A DNA stretch of 64,000 nucleotides from Gemmatimonadales bacterium. Its GTDB lineage: Bacteria > Gemmatimonadota > Gemmatimonadetes > Gemmatimonadales > GWC2-71-9. The notes beneath the pieces were generated by a model. The model worked only from the letters and a program-made list of their open reading frames with translations, was not told where the DNA came from and made no database searches. A program made the translations under genes and the position numbers. Shown here one piece after another: positions 47,177-55,409 of the stretch; the stretch's first letter is position 1; every line of letters begins with the position of its first letter. The DNA is taken from positions 1,811 to 65,810 of the forward strand of contig JBBRBZ010000001.1 in the NCBI GenBank assembly GCA_038205305.1, written 5' to 3'.

Positions 47177-48064
47177 ATGACTCTCAACGTCAATGCTCTC
47201 CGCGTCTTTCTCGCCGTCGTCGAGCAGGGTGGTTTCACGCGAGCGAGCGCCACCCTCCATCTCAGTCAGCCGGCGGTCTCCAAGGCGGTGCGCGGTCTCG
47301 AGCAGAGCGTCGGGATGCCGCTCCTCGAACGGGGACCCCGGTCGGTTCACCCCACCGAAGCGGGGCTGGCGCTCCTCGAGCGCGCGCGCGAACTGTTCGC
47401 CGTCGAACGCACCGCCGAGGAGGAGCTCCGGGCGCTCCGCGGGCTCGAACGCGGCGTGCTCCGGGTCGGCGCCAGCACCACCATCGCGACCTGGCTGCTC
47501 CCCCCGATCCTCGGTGCCTTCCAGGCGCGCCACCCAGGGATCGCGCTCCGGGTCACCAGCGGCAACAGCCGCAGGGTCGCGCGGAGCCTCGCCCAGCGGC
47601 GACTCGATGTGGCGCTTGTTGAGGGACCGGTCGAAGACCCCAGGTTCGAGGTCGAACCTTGGCGGGACGATGACCTGATGATCATCGCGCCGCCCGATCA
47701 CCCGCTCGCGAAGCGAGGGCGACGCGTCTCGCTCGCAGCGCTGGCCCGCGAGCCGTTCGTCATGCGCGAGCGGGGCTCCGGCACGCGCGAAGTCGCGGAG
47801 GCGGCATTCGATGCCGTCGGCCTGGTGCCATCCGTTGCGCTGATCCTCGACAGCACCGAGGCCGTGAAGCAGGCGGTGGCCGCTGGCTTGGGTCTCGCCG
47901 CCGTGTCGCGCGCTGCGGCCGCCGATCAGCTCGCCCTCGGTCGCCTCACGGAGCTCCCGGTCAGCGGACTCTCCCTTCCGCGACGACTCTCGATCCTGCG
48001 GCTTGCCGGTCGGCGGCAGAGCGCGCCAGCACTTGCGTTCGAACGGCTGCTGGAGGAGGGGTGA
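47177..48064 (+). CDS. LysR-family transcriptional regulator (YeiE-like by context)
   Basis: ORF 47177..48064. N-terminal wHTH LRVFLAVVEQGGFTRASATLHLSQPAVSKAVRGLE, plus a LysR substrate-binding domain. Confidence 0.9.
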   Translation: MTLNVNALRVFLAVVEQGGFTRASATLHLSQPAVSKAVRGLEQSVGMPLLERGPRSVHPTEAGLALLERARELFAVERTAEEELRALRGLERGVLRVGASTTIATWLLPPILGAFQARHPGIALRVTSGNSRRVARSLAQRRLDVALVEGPVEDPRFEVEPWRDDDLMIIAPPDHPLAKRGRRVSLAALAREPFVMRERGSGTREVAEAAFDAVGLVPSVALILDSTEAVKQAVAAGLGLAAVSRAAAADQLALGRLTELPVSGLSLPRRLSILRLAGRRQSAPALAFERLLEEG

Positions 48065-48092
48065 GTCGTGGTGTGTGGGCTAGATCGTGCGA

Positions 48093-48947
48093 CTACGCTG
48101 TGGCGGTGCGCACCAAGGTGCCGTGCTTGGGCCCAAGTTGCATGGCGGCGTCGTCGCGGTCGCGCACGTTCCGGTAGACGGCAAAGAGCGTCGAACCCGA
48201 TCCCGTCATCCGACAGAGCAGGGGGGCGGTGTGGGCGAGCGCCTCGAACGCCGCACGCACTTCCGGCATGCGGCCGAACACCACTGACTCGAAATCATTG
48301 CCGGCCAACCGGGCGACATCACTCCAGTTGCCGAGGACATCGAGGTCGAGCGCGACCGCGCCCCGACCACCGTCGCGGGAGCGCACCTCGTCCACCCAGG
48401 CGTACGCCTCAGCGGTTGGGACCGGCGTCGTTGGCACCACCAGCAGCACCGGCATGGAGAGGAGGGCCGGCAGCCGGAGCATCCGCTGGCCGCGACCCCA
48501 GGCCAGTGCCAGTGGCGCCTCGCTCAAGAAGAACGGCACATCGGCACCGAGGCGGTGCGCCATGTTGAAGAGCTCGGCCCGCGGGACGGCCTGATGGGCG
48601 AGGGCGTTGAGGGCGAGCAGCGCCGCGGCCGCATCGCTCGACCCGCCACCCAAGCCGGCGCCGGCGGGTATCCGCTTGGTGAGCTGCATCGCGACACCGA
48701 AGCGACGTCCAGTGGCGTTGAGCACCACCTCGGCGGCACGCCAGGCGAGGTTCTGCTCCACCGCGCCGACATCGGCGCCCTCGACTTCCAGCGAAATTCC
48801 AGCGTCGGTGCGTTCGACCGCGAGTGTGTCGGCGAGGCCCACGCGGCAGAAGAGGGTCTCGATGTTGTGGTAGCCGCTTTCTTCGCGCGCCAGCACTCGG
48901 AGAAAGAGGTTCACCTTCGCGGGACAGTCGAAGGTGAGGGTGCTCAC
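48093..48947 (-). CDS. ispE: 4-diphosphocytidyl-2-C-methyl-D-erythritol kinase (MEP pathway)
   Basis: ORF 48093..49424 trimmed to GTG 48947 (GTGA overlap with the upstream stop). CPAKVNLFLRV, KRIPAGAGLGGGSSDAAAAL (GHMP kinase motif) and MTGSGSTLF. Confidence 0.9.
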   Translation of the reverse strand: MSTLTFDCPAKVNLFLRVLAREESGYHNIETLFCRVGLADTLAVERTDAGISLEVEGADVGAVEQNLAWRAAEVVLNATGRRFGVAMQLTKRIPAGAGLGGGSSDAAAALLALNALAHQAVPRAELFNMAHRLGADVPFFLSEAPLALAWGRGQRMLRLPALLSMPVLLVVPTTPVPTAEAYAWVDEVRSRDGGRGAVALDLDVLGNWSDVARLAGNDFESVVFGRMPEVRAAFEALAHTAPLLCRMTGSGSTLFAVYRNVRDRDDAAMQLGPKHGTLVRTATA

Positions 48948-49975
48948 GTGCCCGGCTCCCCGGCGTGCGGCACCCGGAGGTGCACGCCGCTCTTGGCGGC
49001 GGAGTAGACGCCCATGAGAACGATGGGGAGGAAGGTCGCCACCTGAAAGATCGTGGCGCAGGCGACCGCGCGCTCCTCGGGGACATGGAAGAGTGGCCCG
49101 AGCGTCTTGGCGAAGACCACTTGGAACACCCCCACGTATCCCGGACCTTGCGGGAGCGAGATGCCGATCATCAACGCACCCTGGAGGATCAGGGCGCCGG
49201 TGAAGGGCACGTCGAAGTCGAACGCGCGGAAGGCAGCGTAGAACGCCGATGCGTTGATCAGCCAGATCACGAAGGTCCAGCCGATGACGGGCGCTGATCG
49301 GCGCACGTCGCGCAGTGCCTCGAGGCCAACGAGGACCCGCTCCGCGAACGCATGCAGAGCGTACCCGATGCGATTGCTCGGCAGGATCCACCGCGCGAGT
49401 TGCAAGGTGCGATCCCGCTGCCAAGCGGCAATGATTGCTGCGGCGAGTGCGACGAGGCAGACGACACCTATGCGGACGGCGATCACGCTGACCGGCGTGG
49501 TACCACCGAGCGTCAGGTCCGAAGGGAACGACGACGCGACCAGCGCCCCACCCAGCAGAAGGATCACCATCAGGGCGTCGAGGACCCGCTCGATGGCGAT
49601 CGACGAGAGGGCCGAAGCAAACGAGACTGGCGCCAGTCGCGAAATTGCCATGACCCGCAGCACTTCACCGGCGCGGAACGGGAGCACGTTGTTGGCCGCG
49701 AACCCGATCGAGATGGCTCGCCACATCGGGAGCGGTGGCACCCGACCACCGCCATCCTCGTGGAGGAGCAATTGCCACCGCGGCACCCGCAGGACGAACG
49801 GAATGGTCGCCAGCACCACGGCGATCGCCATCGGCACCGGGTGCGCCGACAGCATGTCGTGCCAGATGTCGATTAGCCGGTACTTGTGGAACGCCCACCA
49901 GATCATCGCCGCAGTGACGGCGAGGCCGAAGCCGAGTTGCAGCGCGCGCGCGCCGCGACGATCAGTGGCTGGCAC
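48944..49975 (-). CDS. UPF0104 / lysylphosphatidylglycerol-synthase-TM-region-like (flippase-like) membrane protein
   Basis: ORF 48944..50107. The start is uncertain; I use GTG 49975, giving a 14-nt overlap with the upstream gene. FVLRVPRWQLLL and GFAANNVLPFRAGEVLR are typical of the UPF0104 family. About 8 TM helices. Confidence 0.7.
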   Translation of the reverse strand: MPATDRRGARALQLGFGLAVTAAMIWWAFHKYRLIDIWHDMLSAHPVPMAIAVVLATIPFVLRVPRWQLLLHEDGGGRVPPLPMWRAISIGFAANNVLPFRAGEVLRVMAISRLAPVSFASALSSIAIERVLDALMVILLLGGALVASSFPSDLTLGGTTPVSVIAVRIGVVCLVALAAAIIAAWQRDRTLQLARWILPSNRIGYALHAFAERVLVGLEALRDVRRSAPVIGWTFVIWLINASAFYAAFRAFDFDVPFTGALILQGALMIGISLPQGPGYVGVFQVVFAKTLGPLFHVPEERAVACATIFQVATFLPIVLMGVYSAAKSGVHLRVPHAGEPGT

Positions 49976-51776
49976 GCGCGAGCGGGACGAGGTCCAGCAG
50001 TTCGGAGAGGCAGGGGCGCAGTTGATCGAGTGACACGTCGGGAGCCTCAAGGAGTTGGTACAGTTCGCTGCGCACTTCGTCGATACGCTGCCACGCGGAC
50101 TCGCCACGGTAGCTGAGGGACTCCACCGGCAGGATCTGCATGGCGATCAGCCCCTCGAGCGAGGGTGAGTCGTCGGTCGCACCCAGCGCGAGCTCGGTGT
50201 CACGCCGATACGCCAGCTCGAGCACTCCTGGCTCGCCCTCCGCCAGCGCAGGGATGACCGGTGGCGCGGGTTCATCCGGCGCGAGTGAGGCGATCGAGAC
50301 GATCTCTTCAACGTCGTCGTCCTCCTCCGGCGCGAGCGAAGCGATCGACACCACGTCGAGTTCCTCCTCCACTTCCACTGGCGCGAGCGAACCAATCGAC
50401 ACCACGTCGATCTCCTCGTCCACCACCGCGTCGGCGATCGTCTCCTCGAAGCCAAGGTCCGCGATCGGCACGACGGGCTCGTCGGACCCGTCGTCCGCTG
50501 CCGGAGCTTCTGCATAGGCGAGCGAGGTGATCGACACCACCCGCTCGGTGCCACCGAGTTCGACGGTGATGAGCCGCGCGGCGAGCTGGTCGCGCTCGCG
50601 GGCACGAGCGGGTCCATCTGCCTGGCCACCCGAGTCGACCAGGAAGCGTCCGCATTCGCGCAGCATCTTCACGAAGGCCTCTGGCTCGCGGACTGCGATG
50701 CCGTCCCCAATGGCGGAGGTGATCGCCTCGACCAGCGGCGAGAGGAAACGGCCCGTCCCGCCGCGCGGTGGCATCGTGGCCAAGGTGCGATGCAACACGA
50801 AGAGGCGCAGGTCGCGGATCGCGGTGGTGGGCACCTGCGACAGCGCGTCGGCGGTGAGCAGCAGGTGGTCGCCGACGGAAATCAGTTCCACCGGAACCGG
50901 AGCGCCCTCGCTTCCGGCGGTCGGGAGTGTCCCGCGCCGGACAATCGCTTCCATGCCGTCGGGAGCGAGTGCCTCGATCGGCACCACGTCGCGTTCGACG
51001 GCGTAGCTCTCAAGCAGCCGAGCGGCGAGCCGGTCCACCTCGGCCAGCGGTGCCACCCTGCCGGTCTCGGCCACCGACCGAGCCATGGCGGCCAGCGCGT
51101 GGGCGGCATCGGCGAAGACGGCGCCGACATCGGGTGGTGGCGGGACGTCGGCGAGCAGCGTCCGGGTGGCGACCTCCATCGCGTCGAGCAGCTCGGGGAG
51201 CGGCGAGAGTTCGGCCGAGGCGTGGAGGCCGCGGAGCGATTGCATCCGCTCGAGCACTGCGGCAAGCGCGGCCGGCGGCGGCAACGGCGCCAAGGCCCTC
51301 GCCGCCTGCTCCAGCGAGCCGGCGATCAGGGCCGACTCTCGGGCGATGAAGGCGCGCACGCCGGGCGTGAGGGCGGGGGTGGCGGACACCGGGTTGGCAA
51401 GGGACTGCCCGCCAGCAACCCGATCAAGACGATCGGCGAGGCCGAGTGCCATGCGATCGTCGCTCGCCTCCCAGCTCGTCGCGCGGGTGACCAGCGTCTT
51501 GAGGGTTTCGAGCCCTTCGCGCCAGGCGGTCCGGGCGTCGGGTTCCCAAGCGAGGGCGTTGTCCCGCACCTGCCGCGCCATTGCTTCGAGCCCGGCGGCG
51601 GCACGGGCGAAGGTGCCCAGCCCGGCCATCAGTGATGCACCCCGGAGCGCCCGGGCCCCGCGCACCAGACGCTCAGCGTCGGGGACATCGCGGGCAAGGG
51701 TGAGCGGCTCGAGCTCCGCCAGGTACTCGCGGGCTTCCAGCGCAAAGAATTCGGCCCGACGGGCGGCACCACTCAC
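49962..51776 (-). CDS. Hypothetical protein with two His-less Hpt-like helical modules and an acidic region carrying reiterated VV(S/P)IxSLAP motifs
   Basis: ORF 49962..52013 trimmed to GTG 51776 (GTGA overlap with the pdxJ stop). FFALEAREYLAELEPL...LVRGARALRGASLMAGLGTF resembles a CheA-P1/Hpt helix, but Arg occupies the phospho-His position. A second module, LERMQSLRGLHASAEL, has Gln there. There are six VV(S/P)IxxLAP-like motifs. Confidence 0.65.
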   Translation of the reverse strand: MSGAARRAEFFALEAREYLAELEPLTLARDVPDAERLVRGARALRGASLMAGLGTFARAAAGLEAMARQVRDNALAWEPDARTAWREGLETLKTLVTRATSWEASDDRMALGLADRLDRVAGGQSLANPVSATPALTPGVRAFIARESALIAGSLEQAARALAPLPPPAALAAVLERMQSLRGLHASAELSPLPELLDAMEVATRTLLADVPPPPDVGAVFADAAHALAAMARSVAETGRVAPLAEVDRLAARLLESYAVERDVVPIEALAPDGMEAIVRRGTLPTAGSEGAPVPVELISVGDHLLLTADALSQVPTTAIRDLRLFVLHRTLATMPPRGGTGRFLSPLVEAITSAIGDGIAVREPEAFVKMLRECGRFLVDSGGQADGPARARERDQLAARLITVELGGTERVVSITSLAYAEAPAADDGSDEPVVPIADLGFEETIADAVVDEEIDVVSIGSLAPVEVEEELDVVSIASLAPEEDDDVEEIVSIASLAPDEPAPPVIPALAEGEPGVLELAYRRDTELALGATDDSPSLEGLIAMQILPVESLSYRGESAWQRIDEVRSELYQLLEAPDVSLDQLRPCLSELLDLVPLARASH

Positions 51777-52498
51777 GGACGGACTTCGGTCAGGAGGCGC
51801 TTCATTTCCCGAACCGCGGGACCGATACCGGTGAACAGCGCTCGGCTGACGATACTGTGTCCGATGTTGAGCTCCTCGATTTGGGGGATACTGGCCACCG
51901 GTTGGACATTCCGGTAGGTCAGGCCGTGGCCCGCGTGGACCGCCAGCCCGAGTTCTTGGGCCAGCCGGGCGGCCTCCCGCAGCTCGTCGAGCGCCGCCGG
52001 GCCGTCCTGCCACCGATGGGAGTATCGGCCGGTGTGGAGCTCAATCGCGGGAACCCCGAGGTCGGCCGCGCCGCGGATGGCGTCGGGGGCCGGATCGATG
52101 AAGAGCGAGATGTGGCACCCCGCCGCCTTCAAGCGTTCTATAGCGTGGTTCAGGCGAGCGGGATCCCGCGTGAGGTCGAGGCCCCCTTCGGTGGTGACCT
52201 CCTCCCGCCGTTCCGGAACCAGAGTGACCTGGTAGGGCTTCAGCCCGCAGGCGATCGCGACGATCTCCTCACTGATGCCGAGTTCCAGGTTGCAGATGGT
52301 TTGGACCCCGCGCGCGATGGTCACGGCATCATGGTCCTGAATGTGCCGACGATCCTCCCGGAGGTGGATCGTGATGCCGTCGGCGCCATGGGCCTCGGCC
52401 TCCCGGGCGGCGAGCAGCGGATCAGGTTCGTCCGTCTTGCGCGCTTCCCGGATGGTCGCCACATGATCGACGTTTACATAGAAGCGTAGCGGTCGCAT
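51773..52498 (-). CDS. pdxJ: Pyridoxine 5'-phosphate synthase
   Basis: ORF 51773..52498. VNVDHVATIREAR, ITIHLREDRRHI, and ELHTGRY. Confidence 0.95.
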   Translation of the reverse strand: MRPLRFYVNVDHVATIREARKTDEPDPLLAAREAEAHGADGITIHLREDRRHIQDHDAVTIARGVQTICNLELGISEEIVAIACGLKPYQVTLVPERREEVTTEGGLDLTRDPARLNHAIERLKAAGCHISLFIDPAPDAIRGAADLGVPAIELHTGRYSHRWQDGPAALDELREAARLAQELGLAVHAGHGLTYRNVQPVASIPQIEELNIGHSIVSRALFTGIGPAVREMKRLLTEVRP

Positions 52499-52551
52499 TC
52501 AGGGGTGTCGGTGGGTACGTTTCCGCGGTCCAACCCGTCAGGAGAGTTGCC

Positions 52552-53007
52552 ATGCATCTTCACAAGTCCCTCGTCTTGGTTGGCTGTCTGGTGACGATCT
52601 CGCCAGCGGTGCTGCTGGGGCAGGTCGTCAAGGCGAAAAGTGCCTCCGCTGCTGTAGAGGAGTATATCCAGGCGGCGGCGGACAGCAATCTGAAGCGGAT
52701 GCCCGAACTCTTCGGCACCGACAAGGGTTCGGCTGCCAATGTGGGGCTTCCCGGCGGCGGGCTCGAGAAGCGGATGATCTTCACCCAGGCCTGGCTGGCG
52801 CACACGTCGGTCCGCGCCCTCTCCGAGCTCAATGGGGCGAAATCCAACGAGCGCATCGTCACCACCGAGATCGCTCGCAACGGATGCAAGGTGGTGGTCC
52901 CCGTGATCGCCGTGAATAGCAAGTCCGATGGCTGGCTGGTCCGCAACCTGGACCTCGACCTGGTGAAGCTCACCTGCCAGACGCCCGGCGGGAACTCTGG
53001 CCGCTGA
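52552..53007 (+). CDS. Hypothetical lipoprotein
   Basis: ORF 52552..53007. MHLHKSLVLVGCLV has a lipobox-like LVGC. No confident family. Confidence 0.55.
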   Translation: MHLHKSLVLVGCLVTISPAVLLGQVVKAKSASAAVEEYIQAAADSNLKRMPELFGTDKGSAANVGLPGGGLEKRMIFTQAWLAHTSVRALSELNGAKSNERIVTTEIARNGCKVVVPVIAVNSKSDGWLVRNLDLDLVKLTCQTPGGNSGR

Positions 53008-53045
53008 TCGGTTGTTGAAGCATGTGATGGGCCGAGCGTGACGCA

Positions 53046-53435
53046 CTATTCGGTCAGCTCGATCAGGATGCCGCTGGTGGACTTCGGATGCAGGAACGCA
53101 ATGCGGCGTCCGCCGGCACCGCTGCGGGGCAGTTCATCCACCAGCTGGTAGCCCCGCTCACGGCACAAGGCGAGCGCTGCGTCGAGGTCGCCCACTCGGT
53201 AGCAGATATGATGGATCCCGGGTCCGCGCCGGGCGAGAAACTTCGCGATCGGAGAATCGTCGCGCAGCGGTTCGAGCAGCTCCACTTCGGCGCCCTCGAA
53301 ATGCAGGTGCACAATGCGGGCCCCGTCAGCTTCTTCGGGACCGCGAATGGGGACGTCGAGGACGTCGCGGTAGAACTGGAGCGCCTCCTCGACATTCGTC
53401 ACGGCGACGCCGATATGCGCGATGCTCGGCTTCAT
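53046..53435 (-). CDS. mce: Methylmalonyl-CoA epimerase (VOC/glyoxalase-fold)
   Basis: ORF 53046..53531 trimmed to Met33 (53435). IAHIGVAVTNVEEALQFY, VELLEPLRDDSPIAKFL, GIHHICYRV and AFLHPKSTSGILIELTE. Confidence 0.85.
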   Translation of the reverse strand: MKPSIAHIGVAVTNVEEALQFYRDVLDVPIRGPEEADGARIVHLHFEGAEVELLEPLRDDSPIAKFLARRGPGIHHICYRVGDLDAALALCRERGYQLVDELPRSGAGGRRIAFLHPKSTSGILIELTE

Positions 53436-53478
53436 GACTTGGGAACCTAACACGGGAATACGGGGAGCGGTGAACGCA

Positions 53479-53811
53479 ATGAGCGAAAATCTGGTGGCAG
53501 TTACCGATGCGACGTTCGATGGCGAGGTCACTCAGGCCGGCGGCCTGGTCTTGGTGGACTTCTGGGCCGCGTGGTGCGGGCCGTGTCGGGCGATCGCTCC
53601 GACCCTCGAGGCCTTGGCCAAGGACTACCAGGGGCGCCTGAAGATCGGCAAGCTCGACGTTGACGCCAACCAGGCGACCTCGATGCGGTTCAATGTGCGG
53701 TCAATTCCGACCATCCTCTTCTTCAAGGATGGCAAGCACGTGGACACTGTGGTGGGTGCCATGCCGCGTCCCGCCCTCGAGGCGAAGATCACGCAGCACC
53801 TCTCGGCCTGA
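53479..53811 (+). CDS. trxA: Thioredoxin
   Basis: ORF 53422..53811 trimmed to ATG 53479. VLVDFWAAWCGPCRAIAP carries the WCGPC active site. Confidence 0.95.
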   Translation: MSENLVAVTDATFDGEVTQAGGLVLVDFWAAWCGPCRAIAPTLEALAKDYQGRLKIGKLDVDANQATSMRFNVRSIPTILFFKDGKHVDTVVGAMPRPALEAKITQHLSA

Positions 53812-53892
53812 CGTGACCGGGTGAACGGGCCGCTCGACGGCCCGGATGCAGCACAGGGTGGCGCCGGACTCCGGCGCCACTTTCTTTCAGGG

Positions 53893-54735
53893 ATGCCCGC
53901 CGGAACCCTCTACGTCGTCGCGACACCCCTCGGTCACCTCGGTGACCTCTCGGCGCGCGCGTCCGAGGTGCTCCGCACCGTCGATACCGTGGCCGCCGAG
54001 GATACCCGCCACTCGCGGCGCCTGTTGTCGGCCATCGACGCGCATCCGCGACTGATTTCCTATCATGCCCATTCTGCGGACTCGCGGGCCGAATCGGTGC
54101 TGGCGATCCTGACCGAGGGGCGCGACGTCGCCCTGGTGACCGATGCCGGCACCCCGGCAATCAGTGATCCCGGGTTTGAACTTGTGGCTCTGGCGCGGGC
54201 AGCCGGGATCCCCGTCGTGCCGATTCCCGGGCCCTCCGCTGTGGCCACGGCCCTCTCCGCCTCCGGCCTCCCCGGCGACCGCTACCTCTTTCTGGGTTTC
54301 CTGCCTCGGAAAGGGGCGACTCGGCGTCGCCTTGTGGAACGGGCCGCGACCGAGCCGTGGAGCGTGGTCTTCTTCGAAGCGCCGGGTCGGCTGGCGGAAT
54401 TGCTCGCTGACCTCATGGAGCAGTGTGGACCAGACCGGCATGCCGTGGTGGCGCGCGAGTTGACCAAGATCTACGAGGAGTTCCGCCACGACACGTTGCA
54501 GGCACTTCATACGTATTACGAGGGATCGATGCCGCGCGGCGAGGTGACGGTGGTGCTCGCCGGCGCCACCGAGGCCGAACTCGCCGAACCCGCCCCCGAT
54601 CCTGCCGCGATCACCCTGGTCATTCGCGAACTGCTCAGCGCCGGCCGCACACGGAAGGATGCTGCCAAGGAAGTGGCCACTCGATTCGGTCTTGCACGCA
54701 ATGATGCCTACCGCATGGTGACCGAGGAACCATGA
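53893..54735 (+). CDS. rsmI: 16S rRNA (cytidine1402-2'-O)-methyltransferase RsmI
   Basis: ORF 53821..54735 trimmed to Met25. GTLYVVATPLGHLGDLSARA, AAEDTRHSRRLL, DAGTPAISDPG and GPSAVATALSASGLP. Confidence 0.9.
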   Translation: MPAGTLYVVATPLGHLGDLSARASEVLRTVDTVAAEDTRHSRRLLSAIDAHPRLISYHAHSADSRAESVLAILTEGRDVALVTDAGTPAISDPGFELVALARAAGIPVVPIPGPSAVATALSASGLPGDRYLFLGFLPRKGATRRRLVERAATEPWSVVFFEAPGRLAELLADLMEQCGPDRHAVVARELTKIYEEFRHDTLQALHTYYEGSMPRGEVTVVLAGATEAELAEPAPDPAAITLVIRELLSAGRTRKDAAKEVATRFGLARNDAYRMVTEEP

Positions 54736-55409
54736 CGGCGCGCTCGCTCCTCGCGTTCGCCGCGCTTGCTTTCGCTCCGATCACCCTCGGCGCGCAGGCC
54801 GAGCTGCTGCCGACATTCACCATTGGCCGGTTGCACTACGACGGCGGGGGCGACTGGTATGCCAATCCGTCGTCGCTCCCGAACCTCCTGGCTGCCGTGC
54901 GCGAGCGCACCACCCTGAAGACCGCGACGCGCGAGATCACGGTGCGGCTCACCGATCCCGAACTCTGGGATGTGCCCTACCTCCACGTGACCGGTCATGG
55001 CAACATCCACTTCAGCGACGAGGAGATCAAGATCCTTCGTCGCTGGCTGCTGCAGGGCGGTTTCCTGCACGTCGATGACAACTATGGCCTAGACGAGTCG
55101 TTCCGTCGCGAGGTCGCCCGGCTCTTTCCCGATCACCCCTTGGTCGAAGTCCCGCTTGATCATCCGATCTACCACCTGGTGTACGACCTCCCGCAGGGCC
55201 TTCCCAAGATCCATGAACACGACGGCAAGCCGGCGCAGGGGTTTGGCATCTTCGTCGGAGGGCGGCTGGTTCTGTTCTACTCCTATGAGAGTGACCTCGG
55301 CAACGGGTGGGAGGATCCCGACGTCTATCACGATCCCCCGGAGAAGCACGAGGCCGCGTTGCGCATGGGGGTGAATCTCTTTGCCTATGCCGTGGGGTGG
55401 GGCGGATGA
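54732..55409 (+). CDS. DUF4159-family secreted protein (GATase1/ThuA-like fold family)
   Basis: ORF 54732..55409 with ATGA overlap with rsmI. Signal peptide, then GRLHYDGGGDWYANPSSLPNLL and PYLHVTGHGNIHFSDEE, which match my recollection of DUF4159. Confidence 0.7.
   Translation: MTARSLLAFAALAFAPITLGAQAELLPTFTIGRLHYDGGGDWYANPSSLPNLLAAVRERTTLKTATREITVRLTDPELWDVPYLHVTGHGNIHFSDEEIKILRRWLLQGGFLHVDDNYGLDESFRREVARLFPDHPLVEVPLDHPIYHLVYDLPQGLPKIHEHDGKPAQGFGIFVGGRLVLFYSYESDLGNGWEDPDVYHDPPEKHEAALRMGVNLFAYAVGWGG

Noticed and set aside
48948-49424. N-terminal 159-aa extension of the ispE ORF, with similar 5' extensions of ORFs 16940.., 11368.., 19562.., 55307.., 35690..37078 and 49962..52013
   Set aside because: The extensions overlap the preceding, well-supported gene in another frame. 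They are Arg/Pro/Gly-rich. They are replaced by internal ATG/GTG starts that give family-typical N-termini and ATGA/GTGA coupling.
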